Shown one piece after another: positions 51,124 to 63,299 of a DNA stretch of 64,000 nucleotides; the first letter of the stretch is position 1; each line of letters opens with the position of its first letter. Below the pieces are notes generated by a model. It was not told the DNA's origin. It did no database searches and saw only the letters and a list, made by a program, of their open reading frames with translations. The stretch comes from Chiloscyllium plagiosum. Lineage: Eukaryota. The stretch is taken from assembly GCF_004010195.1 (NCBI RefSeq), contig NC_057718.1:92552540-92616539 (forward strand). The letters are read 5' to 3'. The position numbers and the translations under genes are program-made.

Positions 51124-53869
51124 GTACTGTTATTGGCTCATTGCCTTATTTAGCTGTTCAGCAAATTCCTAAAATAGATGCACTAATTAATACCACTTAA
51201 TTTGAAGGAAAGAAATCATCTTTTCCATAACAGCTTTTCTGTTTATCGAGTAGTAATTAATGTGGAGGCATAGGAACGCTTAACAAAGTGTTTTGAGACA
51301 TTGGAGCTGTTGATTGAGGAGGGAAATTAGTTATCAAGTAGGTTGTCCTATTAAAAGTCCCTTCTGCCTCTGAGATCAAACTGTAAATTAGACATCTCTT
51401 TTTTTAATGTATTTTTGAGTATTCAATTTGAGTGCCAGTACAGAACATTAACCAGTTCCTTCCACTTCATTTTTGTGGTAGTAATTGGGAACTACAAAAA
51501 GCATACAGTGCACTTTTTTTGCTGGGGGTGGAGGGGGGCTTGGCTGAAGTTTGGGGAAGAATACTTTAACGTGAAGTATTATGAAATGTGGTTGACCTTT
51601 AAGCAGCAATACTAGCTTTAGTTTAAAATAATTGACAGCATTAATGGCTAAAATAAAAAAAGTAGTGTTATTGTATACCGATGGCTCAATTTGTACTTAC
51701 TATTTTACCGTGGGTGTACTCCAGTGATAAGCGCAGATTGTTAGGAGCTGACTATTCCAAACTAGGCATTACTCCAACTGATTGTGATAATCTCTTAAAA
51801 TGAACAGTACTTTGTTATTGAAGGAACGTGTTGAGACATTTTTCAAACTTTGCTCTCTGAAACTTGCTATTATACCCTCTATCTATTGGTTTGAGTGTTG
51901 AAATTTGATATTTCTACAAATCTAGTCTGAAAATTAAGATGGACGTTGTTTGGAGTTGGGGGTATGTCCATGAAACATTGTCTTAATTCTTTTCTACATT
52001 TACTTTAAATATTCACACACTTAATATACTTTTAAATCTGATTACTTTCAAATATCATATGGGCTAGAACGAATGTTCATATAATTACTGACCATAAATA
52101 CTGACCATAAATAGGTTGTTCACCTCAAGTTCGAGATCCAATCAATTTATGCGTGTCTACGTGGCTCATATTTTATTTCTTAATCTCCTGTAATTAGCCT
52201 GGACCTGAAATTCTGATAGAGTGACGTTGTATAATTAAACACCCGACCAAATCTTGCATGACCACCACAAATGGATTTAGAGCAGCATAGGTACAGAGGC
52301 CCTACCAACTTTTGGCAAAAATTTTCCACCGCAAACATTTTTATAAAATATTGAATGAATTCAGGTTGAAGATAATTCTAGAAATAATTTTTATTTATTG
52401 AATTGAGACCATGTTAAAACCTTACATCTTTGAACATCACTTTGTAATCCAAAAAAATTAATCAAACAAATGTTTATGAAGGAATTTAACACTTAAGTCA
52501 TGCTCAGTCCAGGTAATGAGGTTCTGCTTAGTACTTCCTGCATATTTGAGAAATGATCTGTCTTGAACTATATTCATTTGTAATATCAAGGAGAAAATTA
52601 ATAAAGTCAGTAATTTATGCAACAGAAGGAAACCAATTTGTCTGTCGAGTCCGTAATTCCAGAACAATCCAGTCAGCCTTGCTCCCGTACTTGATCCCGA
52701 GAGCATTTCAAGTTCCTATCCAATTTTTCTTTTGAAATCATTGATTCTATTTCCACCAACCTCATGGTGGCATGCTGCAGGTCATTATCCCTTGAAAGTT
52801 TTTCTTGATTTCCCCTGCATCTCTTGCAGTGTGTCTGCAGTCAGATGGCACTTTTAAGCAGGGCCTTCCTGGTATGGTTGTCATGCTCAACTGTTTGATG
52901 ACTTTTCTGCATTCACTATTGCAATTTCAACATGAGTGACCTTCAAGTATTTCATTGATTAGGACAGCTTAATTCGTGTGGGAGATGTGGAAGGTGCAAA
53001 TACGTGGGCAAGTTCATATTCTCTTCCTCTCTTGACTTATTCTTGTTGTTGCCTTCTCCTCTCATATTGACCAGCTTGCCTTCTCAATTTTATTTTTGTC
53101 TGTTTTCTCTCTCTCATTTGTGTCACTTTCTTAAAAGATTGTTTCAGTCAGTATGCTCTGTCACAGTAGCAGCATTTGTTTCTAATGGGGTTCAAAAACG
53201 CACAAAACAAATCATTAAACTGAGAATATTGTCAGCACAAAGGTCACCAGTTTAGCTTGTAGTCAGTGTCTGGAATGTGTATAGAGTGCTGTTTGTACTG
53301 ACTGGGTTTCTTTCAAACCAGTGTTTGGGTAGATGATTGGTTTCTTGGGGCTTTTTCTAAGAACTGTTACATCATTTTCCTTGGAGAGGCATTAAACTGC
53401 TAGAGGTGCAACAGGCTGGGACTTATGACTAGATTGCTTGTGTCGCAACTGACACAAATCTTGGGGTTAAGTACATTTTCATTACAAAAGTGGACACAAC
53501 TTTGTTAGCAGCAGTGCAAGGTCTCCTACTTGACAGGTTTCTGAGTTGGGTCTTGTTAAATGCACAACAGGCCAGTATGACTGGATGCATGATCTTCATT
53601 TGTGAGTTCCCCTTCCATATGTGGTTCCTGCTTATACCATAGCAATCTGACTTGAATTGCATTTGTGAACTTCCCTCATGTATTGCGCATGCAGTCCAAG
53701 AAGGCCTGACTGGTGTAGGTCAATGGCAACAACTGGTGGAACTTTCTGGGCAGTGAAAGGGAAAGCAGGGCAAGTAATTCTGCCCCTTCTGAAAACCCTC
53801 AGCATGATAACTGAATGCACTGGTGATCATGGATCATGAGCAGAGAATCCGACTCTTGTTTGGTTCCAC

Positions 53870-54078
53870 ACAGGGTGGTGTGGGCTGCCAGAGGAAGTGG
53901 TAGAGACTGGTACAATTGCAACATTTAAAAGGCATCTGGATGGAATATGAATAGGAATGTTTTAGCGGGATATGGGCCAAGTGCTGGCAAATGGGACTAG
54001 AATAGGTTAGGATATCTGGTTGACCTGGACAAGGTGGACCAAAGGGTCTGTTTCTTTGCTGTACATCTATGACTCTAA
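53870..54078 (+). mobile_element. CR1 3' tail
   Basis: LPEEVVE.GTI.TFKRHLD and the characteristic 3' UTR. Confidence 0.8.
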
Positions 54079-54326
54079 TTGTCTCAGGATGCACTTGCAA
54101 ATAAGATGAGTGAAAGCAAGATCAAAGTGTCTTGGTTTCAATGACTAGATTATGAGGGAGTGCAGCTTGGACCTGCTTTTAATATATGCTGGGGATAAAC
54201 TGCATATGAAGAGTAAGGGAAACTGAAACGCAATTGCATTTCTTTCGGCATTTTAACTCTGGTTGTTTCCCAGCAAGTAGGATGTGCTTTATTGCATTTT
54301 TTAAAAACCTTGTTTTTATATTACAG

Positions 54327-54462
54327 GCTTTGGGAAGAAGGCTGGAAACAGCGTTACTATAAGAACAAGTTTGATGTTGATGCTTCTGATGATAAATTCC
54401 GCAGAAAGGTTGTGGAATCATATGTTGAAGGTCTGTGCTGGGTTCTTCAATATTATTACCAG
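54327..54462 (+). CDS. XRN2: XRN2 exon 17 ([45 protein letters not shown])
   Basis: Conserved region 2 start; ACAG| and |GTATGT; 136 nt. Confidence 0.97.
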
Positions 54463-54759
54463 GTATGTGACCTTTTTGTTCATGATCTATTTTTATCAGA
54501 ATTCAATTGCAGCACATGATAAATTCCAACTTGAGTGTTCTTGTGGACATCAAAGGGGAGGGAATACATTTGGGGAATTGAGCATTTCCCTTTTCTCCCC
54601 TAAAATAACTCATTAGAAATGGCATTTTTACAATATCAGGTTGGGCAGTGTATTTCTATTACATTCCGCTGATGGTCCACATAGGCAGGCAGGATTAAGA
54701 AAAACCCCAAAGTGTTCTACATTTGTGTGAGGCACAACAGGATGGCCTGAGTGAGGGTA

Positions 54760-56612
54760 GGGCCAATCTATGATAGTGGAGGGAACTTGTGCCTGGAATC
54801 GGAGGAGGTAGGGGACATCTTTAATGAATACTTTGCTTCAGTATTCACTCGTAAGAGGGAACTTGTTTGTGAGGACAGGTTGATGTTAAGAAGGAGGATG
54901 TGCTGGAAATATTGAAAGACATAAGTCCCCTGAGCCAGATGGGATATAGAGGAGAAAGTGAGGTCTGCAGATGCTGGAGATCAGAGCTGAAAATGTGTTG
55001 CTGGAAAAGTGCAGCAGATCAGGCAGCATCCAGGGAACAGGAGAATCGACGTTTCGGGCATGATTCCTGAAGAAGGGCTTATGCCCGAAACGTCGATTCT
55101 CCTGTTCCCTGGATGCTGCCTGACGTGCTGCGCTTTTCCAGCAACACATTTTCAGCCCAGATGGGATATACTTAAGGTTATTACGGGAAGCAAGGGAAGA
55201 GATTGCTGTGCCTTCGGCGATGATCTTTGCAGCCTCACTGTCCACTGAAGTAGCAGCAAATGATTGAAGAGTGGCAAATGTTATTCCTTTGTTCAAGAAG
55301 GGGAATAGGGACTATAGACCAGTCTATAGACTGGTCTATAGTCCAGTCAGTCTTAAATTGATAGTGGGCAAATTATTGGACAGGATTCTGAGAGACAGGA
55401 TTTGTGATTAGAGAGTCAGCATGGCTTTGTGAGGGGCAGGTCCTGCCTCACAAGCCTTATTGAATTCTTTTGAGGATGTGATAAAACACATTGTTCAAGG
55501 TAGAGCAGTGGATCTGGTTTATATGGATTTTAGCAAGGCATTTGGTAAGATTACCCATGGTAGACTCATTCAGAAAGTAAGGAGGCATGGATATAGAATT
55601 GGCTAGCCCATAGAAGACAGAGGGTGGTGATAGATGGAAAGTATTCAGCCTGAAGCTCAGTGACCAGTGGTGTTCCGCAGGGATCTATTCTGAGACCTCT
55701 GCTATGTGATGTTTATAAATGACTTCGGTGGGGAATTGGAGGGGTGGGTTAGTAAGTTTGCCGATGACACGAAGGTTGGGGGAGTTGTGGATAGTGTGGA
55801 AGGTTGTTGTCGATTGCAACGGGATATTCACAGGAGGCAGAGCTGGGCTAAAAAGTGTCATACAGTGTTCAACCAGGTAAAGTGTGAAGTGATTCATTTT
55901 GGAAGGTCGAATTTGAATGCAGATTATAGGGTTAAAGGCAGGATTCTTGGCAGTGTGGAAGAACATGGGGATCTTGGGGTCTCTGTCCATAAATCCCTCA
56001 GAGTTGTCACCAAGTAGATAATGTTGTTCAGAAGGCATATGGTGTGTTGGCTTTCATTAGCAGGGGGATTGAGTTTAAGAACCGTGAAATTATGTTGTAG
56101 CTCCATAAATTCCTGGTTAGACTGGTCACCTCATTATAAGAATGAAGAAGAAGCTTTAGGGAGGGTGCAGAGGAGTTTTGCCAGGTGATGCCTGGACTGG
56201 AGGGCATGTCTTATGAAGGAAGGTTGAGAGAGTTTGGGCTTTTCTTATTAGAGTGAAGAATAATGAGAAGTGAATTAATAGAGTGTACAAGATGATAGGC
56301 GTGGATAGCCAGAGATATTTTCCCAGGGCAGAAATGGTTATCATGAGGGAGCATAATTTTAAGGTGATAGGAGGAAGGTTTACAGGAGCTGACAGGTAGG
56401 TTCTTTACACAGAGTGATGGGTGTGTGGAACGTATTGCCAGCGGTGGTAGTGGAGTCAAATACATTAAGAACATTTAAGTGACTCTTGGATAGGCACATG
56501 GATGATAGTAAAATAAAGGGTATGTGGTTAGTTTGACCTTAAAGTAGGAAAAAGTTTGGCACAACATCGAGGGCCGAAGGGCTTGTACTGTGCTGTACTA
56601 TTCTATGCTCTG
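54760..56612 (+). mobile_element. CR1 LINE (RT to 3' tail), degenerate
   Basis: ANVIPLFKKG, YRPVSL, DFSKAF, SGVPQG, FIND..KFADD motifs. Confidence 0.92.
54949..55156. mobile_element. Fold-back Penelope pLTR mini-insertion with intact + strand hammerhead core (55067-55094)
   Basis: 76-bp arms 54986-55061 / 55081-55156; 14-bp duplication CCAGATGGGATATA (54935-54948, 55157-55170). Confidence 0.9.
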
Positions 56613-57006
56613 TGATCCAAGTTAGAGGGAGTGTCCCAAACATTCCATTGCAAGCATCAGGAAAAGGGTAAGAAAAGACTTGAGAGCAATCAGGAGTAAC
56701 CCTTTCCATGAAAACTGTACTCCAGGCTTAAAAGTCTGTATTCTCAATTGTTAAAGCAATTTCTTATGCACTTTTTTGGCCTTTGGAATATTCTGAGCTT
56801 GTGGTAACTGCTGTTTACAATGTCACAAGTCCGTGCATGTTTTGGAATATGTGCCCCAGGAGAAGCCAAAAATGGTGAATGGTTCAATTTCATGATCTAT
56901 GCAGTAGGTTTTAAGAAATGGGACCGTGTATCATAAATAAGCTGCTTCTGTTGAACTAGATTTCCTATGAATTTTTTTTTAATTATGAACTAAATTCTAT
57001 TGACAG

Positions 57007-57114
57007 GGCTGTGCTTCCTGGAAATGGTTCTATCCATTCCATTATGCACCATTTGCTTCAGACTTCACAGACATTAAAGACATGCCTTCCACATTTGAAA
57101 AGGGAACCAAACCG
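57007..57114 (+). CDS. XRN2: XRN2 exon 18 ([36 protein letters not shown])
   Basis: [16 protein letters not shown] motif; ACAG| and |GTAAGA; 108 nt. Confidence 0.97.
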
Positions 57115-57871
57115 GTAAGATTCAACACTCAGGAATAAGTGAGTGCTGCACTTTATGGTAACATATGGTCTACCATGTTAACTACTTTCTCAAAAGCTTA
57201 TAGCCTTGAGCTATGCAAGTCAACAAACTCTGCAATTCCCAAGTGTAACAATTTGGTCTTTAAGTGTGATTGAAGGAATTCTTAGTATTGCTACATAAAA
57301 ATTAAGATTTTTTTTCTGTTTATTTCATCCCCTCTGTATACTAGAATGAAAATGATTGTGTTTCTGTTATTGTATGTTGAATGTTTCTAGGTCATAATGT
57401 TGATATGCAGATAGCCAGACATTGCAGAATTGTTACAGTAATTCGCATTGTATTTGAGAAAATGGGCCTGGACATTCTGCTGTCCAGAAGTCATTTCAAC
57501 ATATATTAGAGTTGGAAATGTGGACCCTACAGAATTCCCATCATCGCAGGCTCCAGAGGAATTACATGTGAAATGAAAGATTCCGCTACTCCTGGAACCC
57601 TGCCAAAGTATCTACTCGAATCAGACAATTCAGAGGGTTTTGATGAAATTTACTAAGTTGTTAGTCAGGAGACATTAGACAGTTAAAGACTTAGTCTGAC
57701 TCTAGAGTAACTATTCAACTATCCCTGTTTTTATGTCTCACATCACCAGCCAAACCTCCTCAGACACCCTACACACTCAGCTTGATACATTTCTCTGCTC
57801 CATCAACAGAAAAGATTTCTCCTACTCAACAGACCAGGTTCTTCCTATCCATGTTGATCTACCTTGAACCC

Positions 57872-58749
57872 TGTGATACAATTACTAGGTTAGCACACTG
57901 ATAATCAAGGCCTGATGTTCCCAGAATTGTGACAAAGGTAATTTACCTGGTTTTTTTTTGAGGAAGGTTGACAGAAAGCACAGACCCCATGTTTCTGAAC
58001 ATAACAAGCTTTACTATTTATTACAAGCAAATAGACTCCAGCTGCAGGTAAACAATTATGAGCTGTTGGCAAATAGCTCTACTGGTTAAAGTGCTTATCC
58101 TCTTACTAGCCTCCCTTAAACATGCCTATAATCGGACACAGAAAAATGCATGGGTGTTATGGGCAGAGGGAAAACAGTTTAGTGGTCTTTGTTGACAGAA
58201 TCTGCTGAGATGATTCTTGCGCCGGTCAGAATGCTGCTGTCGGTCCTGGATGTTTTCATTGGTGATTGGTTCAAAAATGTATCCAGGTTCTCTGACATGT
58301 TAATTAAAAGTCACAGCTTAAAGTAACAGGAAAAATAAACTGGCTTAGGCTTAAATGGCTTTTTACTGCAGATAACAGCCTTTACTGAGCTGATGGAGAC
58401 TGGTTGTCTTCTCAATCTCTTGTTCATAAGCTATCTGGCACCCAATCATATAGTTGTTGGTAAGCAGAAGGCCTTCATAAGTCTGTGGACGAGTGTCCAG
58501 TTACCAATCAGCTACTTGTGCTGGCTTGCAATCCCTATTTGTAAGCACCCTTCGGCTCCAGGTTGCCTTCAAGCTAAACTTCAACTACTGTTTGAACAAG
58601 TAGCTGTGTAAATGGTGCTTGCATTGTGTGTCAAGTTACTTGCTTTCCAAACACTCAGTAATCTTTCAGCAGTCTTTTAATGTTTAGAAGTTATTTTCCC
58701 ATTTAAGTCTACAGTCCAAAATACTGAAAAAAAAGATAACCTCATCACT
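57872..58749 (-). mobile_element. Solo-LTR-like element
   Basis: TGTGAT...ATCAC ends; minus-strand AATAAA near 58016; shares TGATAATCAA and TGTGACAAAGG words with the 31.2-kb element. Confidence 0.5.
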
Positions 58750-59252
58750 CACCCTTGCCACCTTACACTATGGCATCCTGCCTACTTGGTACTGTAACCA
58801 CAAGACACCTTGTCACCTACCCACCTGACATTCTACCCTCTCCCCACCTAGCACTGTATCTACCTGGCTTATTAACTGAATAAGCAGTGCAGCACTATTC
58901 AGAGCTTACGTAAGGTTGCAAGTTTGATGCTTGAATTGGATAGGTAGACATTTGCGGTGAATAATCTTCATACACAATATTTAGTTCCAATTTAAGCTTT
59001 ACATTTTCATAACCACTTCCAAGCACCACCCCTATTCCCAACCATCAGTGAGCTGGATTTCAGCACTTGTTAAGCGTTTACTCTCTATTGCTGTCTTCTA
59101 CTATCGTTTCTTATTTTCCTTTCACATGCCCCCAGCTCCTCCTCTTATACAGAAGATTACACTTTTTGTTAGCAGAACATTTTGTCAGGTGAGTATGTAC
59201 TGTGTTGTTCTCAATCTTTACACTTAAACATAATTGAATCTTTTGTTTGCAG

Positions 59253-59342
59253 TTCAATCCACTGGAACAGTTGATGGGAGTGTTTCCTGCAGCAAGTGGC
59301 AACTTCCTCCCTAAAACATGGCGAGCCCTGATGGAGAATCCG
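59253..59342 (+). CDS. XRN2: XRN2 exon 19 (FNPLEQLMGVFPAASGNFLPKTWRALMENP)
   Basis: PLEQLMGVFPAAS motif; GCAG| and |GTGGGT; 90 nt. Confidence 0.96.
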
Positions 59343-60039
59343 GTGGGTTTTTTCAAATAATGAAATTGTGGCATGAGTGTAATTCAGAATGGATATTTTG
59401 TATGATCTGCCTATGTAAATATATACATGTATGAAAAGCGATGAAAATTTGTATTTCAAATTTACCATTAGATTTAAAAATTGATTAATTTGTGATGGAA
59501 AGAATGGAATTTGGTGCTCTGACAGTGACCACTTTAAAACAAACTTATTTCGTTACTTGACCTTTATGTCCAAATGACAATTTTCATTCTCCATTCCACA
59601 TTAAAGTTAAGTGTACAATGTAATCAATCAATTGTGAGAATAGTCGAACCAAATAACAGCTTGCAGTGTATTGTAAGGTGAGAGGTTTAGATGATACAAA
59701 TAGTGATGTACTTACTGTACTTCTCTAAGAGGGGTTATGTAATCTGGCTTTTGCTAGCATGCAGCTCATCAAAAATAAATGCTGTTGGCTTGACTTAATT
59801 GCAATAAAATTTAACATGTAAATACAGAAAACCCAAACCATGCACAAATAAGAATTGTACATTTTCTTTAAACAATTCTCAGCTCATATGGGTTGCAGCT
59901 AACAATCACTCATTTCAAAGCTAACAATGTAAGAGAATTAATGCTGAGTTTTGTTCAAAAAGGCTCAAGGACTATTGCAAGTACAACATGTAATATCCCT
60001 AGAACTATGATTTTTCTCATCCTAGTTACCATTATAGTA

Positions 60040-60980
60040 GTCGTAGAGATCGACAGCATGGAAACAGACCCTTCAGTCCAACTCATCTATACCGACCAGA
60101 TATTGTGGATAAATCTAATCCCATTTGCCAGCATTTGGCCCCATGTCACTCTTCAACCCTTCCTGTTCACATACTCGTCCAGATGACTTTTAAATGTTGT
60201 AATTGTACCAACCTTCACCACTTCCTCTGGCAGATCATTCCATATATGCACCACCCTCTGCATGAAAAGGTTGCCCTTTTGGTCCCTCTTAAATTTTCCC
60301 CCTCTACCTTAAATCTGTGCCCTCTAGTTTCAGGCTCACCCCCCATCCCAGAGAAAATACCCTGTCTATTTACCCTATCCATGCCCTTCGTGATGTTATA
60401 AATCTCTATAAGGTCACCCTTCAGCCTCCAACGCTCCAAGGAAAATAACCCCCACCTATTCAGCCTCTCCCCACAGTTCAAACCCTCCAACCCTAACCAC
60501 GTTCTTGTAAATCTTTTCTGAACCCTTTCAAGTTTCACAACCGCTTTCCAACAACCGGGAAACCAGAATTGCACACAATATTCCAAAAGTGGCCGAACCA
60601 ATGTCCTGTACAGCCATGACATGACCTCCCAACTCCTTTATGCACTGACCGACAAAGGAAAGCATACCAAACGCCACCTTCAAAATTTACCTGCAACTCC
60701 ACTTTGAAGGAACTATGAACCTGCACTCCAGAGTCTTTTTCAGCAACACTCTCCAAGACATAACCATTAAGTGTATAAGTCCTGCCCTGATTTGCTTTTC
60801 CAAAATGCAGCACCTCAGATTTGTCTAAATTAAACTCCATCTGCCATTCCTCGGCCCATTGGCCCACCTGGTTAAGGTCCAGTTGTAATCTGAGGCAATC
60901 TTTTTTGTTGTCCACTACACTTCTAATGTTGATGTCATCTGCAAAGTTACTAATCATACCTCTTATGTTCACATTCAGAT
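60040..60980 (-). mobile_element. CR1 LINE 3' part
   Basis: ORFs 60535..60972 and 60215..60622: FADD, LVRPLLEYCVQFW, TRGHRF. Confidence 0.92.
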
Positions 60981-61441
60981 GATTTCAGTGTGGCTGACCT
61001 AATAAACTACTGTACTCTATTTTCAAACTGCTTGAACCAAAACCCGAAATTCTGAGATGGGAAAATTGTTGAATGATGGTTTTTGTTTTTTGCATGTGAA
61101 GCACTTTTAATTTTAATCGTAATTTGCAATTCTTTAGTCATTTGATTTTCTTAGGAAAATAATAGACCTTGTGGACAAAATGCTAATGCATCTTAACGAG
61201 AACAAAGGTTGGTATAAATAGTAATTTTAAATGCATATTTCTGATAATTGCTTGACAAATGGGCTGAAAGTAGACAGGAATATATTGTATGATTCCTCAC
61301 AAAATATAACCTGTATAGACCATGAGTTTTTTTCTAATCTGCTTCATGTATCAATATAAAGTTTCTTTTGTGGGATGAGGGGAGAAGGCAGGTTGAATTG
61401 CATGAGTGTATTTGTATAATTTAAGTTTTTTTTTAAAATAG

Positions 61442-61514
61442 GACTCTTCAATCATTGACTTCTATCCAGATGATTTTGCTATTGATTTAAATGGAAAGAA
61501 ATATGCTTGGCAAG
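61442..61514 (+). CDS. XRN2: XRN2 exon 20 ([24 protein letters not shown]); gene continues beyond the window
   Basis: [19 protein letters not shown] motif; ATAG| and |GTAGGA; 73 nt. The expected next exon (GVALLPF...) was not found before 64000. Confidence 0.96.
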
Positions 61515-62079
61515 GTAGGATTTCAGCATATAGTCTATTATCATAAAATACTTCTGAATATTGCGATATTAAATGTAAATTGAAGACAGCTGTGTTTTGC
61601 AGGCATCTGCACAGAAAGCTTTAAGATATGCATGACCCAGTTTTCAGATTAAAAGCGGAACTAGCTTTGAGGAAAGGTGTCTACTTGTGAAAGTAATTTG
61701 ACTGTTATGATTCAGGAGCAGAACAAGGATCAACAATGAGAGTATGATTATGGCTGGTATTATTGACAGATGAATGCGAATGTAATGGACTAATTCTTTT
61801 TCTGCTGTTCTTTATTTGACAGGGCTATTATAATTGGAATTTTAATTTTTTTTTCTCTCTATATCTAGATATTTAGCTAAAAGCTCAGAAATAAATATTA
61901 AGCTCATTGGTGCACAATTCAAAACTAGATTATTGAATCTCTAAGTTTCAGACATGACGGAATTTCAGAACACTGAATAGTTCTGGTTTCCAACTTATAA
62001 AAGAAAATGTAGAGTCAACAGAGAGTGCAGAAAAAAATTGCTGGGAAAGTAATATAACTAACAAGTTGCATCTATTGAG

Positions 62080-62470
62080 AAAGTTTGACCAGGCTGGAGT
62101 TCTAACCTTGTAAGAAGTCAAGACTGAAATGTGACCTGTTCAAGGTCTCCACGATTGATTGAAGAGTAAGTGTAGAGAAGATGCTTGTAATTGTGGGCAA
62201 GACCAGAACTTTTAGGTCATAAATTTAGTCGCTGATAAATCCTGTAGGGAGCTAAAGAGAACTTTTTTACCCAGCAGCAGGTGTATGTGTAGTACTCGAA
62301 ATGACAAGGAATGGTTAAATTGAATAGTATTGGTACATTCATGGGGATCTACACAAATAAGAGGAAGCAAGAATGACAAGGATATGTTGGTGGGGCTGGA
62401 TGAAAGGGGTTTGTGTAGAGCGTAAACAATCACACAAACCTGTTTGGCTCAACGACCTGTTTCTGTGCTG
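62080..62470 (+). mobile_element. Old CR1 3' remnant
   Basis: Degenerate RL..DL..V.K / TR..H segment and tail. Confidence 0.55.
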
Positions 62471-63299
62471 CACAAGCATTCATTTTATACAATCAAAAGA
62501 AATGTGCACAGTGGACATGCTTGAAAATGTTCAAGTGGTTTTTCAAATTCTCGGCTTCTGTTGTAACTTATTTCCTATTGCAAGTCACAACCGGTATGGA
62601 TGACAGTATTATTTCTTTTCCATGGTTGATTGGAATGAGCTGCTGTTATGATAGTTAATGGACAGATTTGTGTCTTTGTGTGCAGTAATGACAGTCTGTA
62701 CTGAGCATGTGTTTATGGAGCTTTCTCACGTTTCTGTATCTTTTTGCACTGCTCTAATTTTATTTTCATAGCATACTTGATAATTTTGCCTGACTTGGTC
62801 ATGCAGACCTCATTACGGAAACTAGGACAGACTAAGCAAATTTAATTTGGCTATCATTGCACTTCAGTGTCACTGTTTCCAAGAAGAAAAATGTGAAAAA
62901 CTCTAAAAGCAGGTACGACTTTGTCTGCAACTTCCTGATCAGGCATTATCTAAACACCTGGTTGTCAAAATACACTTCTAAAAGTGAAGTGACTTTCTTT
63001 ATTCCATGCCGGCTTACTACTTCACCAATGTACATTGATTCTTAGTCAGTTTATTGATCTGGTACACATGAAGTCAGATTCTTACACAGGTAATGGATAA
63101 CCTGTAAAGAATTGTTCCATGCATTAGAGCAACTATACATTTCTGCAAGATGCAAACACTTAATGGTCAGTCAGCTGTGGCTAACAAAGGAAGTTCACGG
63201 TTATATCACAATAAAATAAACTACCTATAAAGTTTCCAAAAATAGCAGTAATTCTGACGATTGGACAGTTAATAGAAAACAATAAGTGGCTAGGGAGAA

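Noticed and set aside
6881..55156. Recurring palindromic repeat as a CRISPR array, REP element or intrinsic terminators
   Set aside because: Eukaryotic context; copies are dispersed with no spacers or cas genes, and the repeat is physically attached to Penelope RT sequence at 12525-13480
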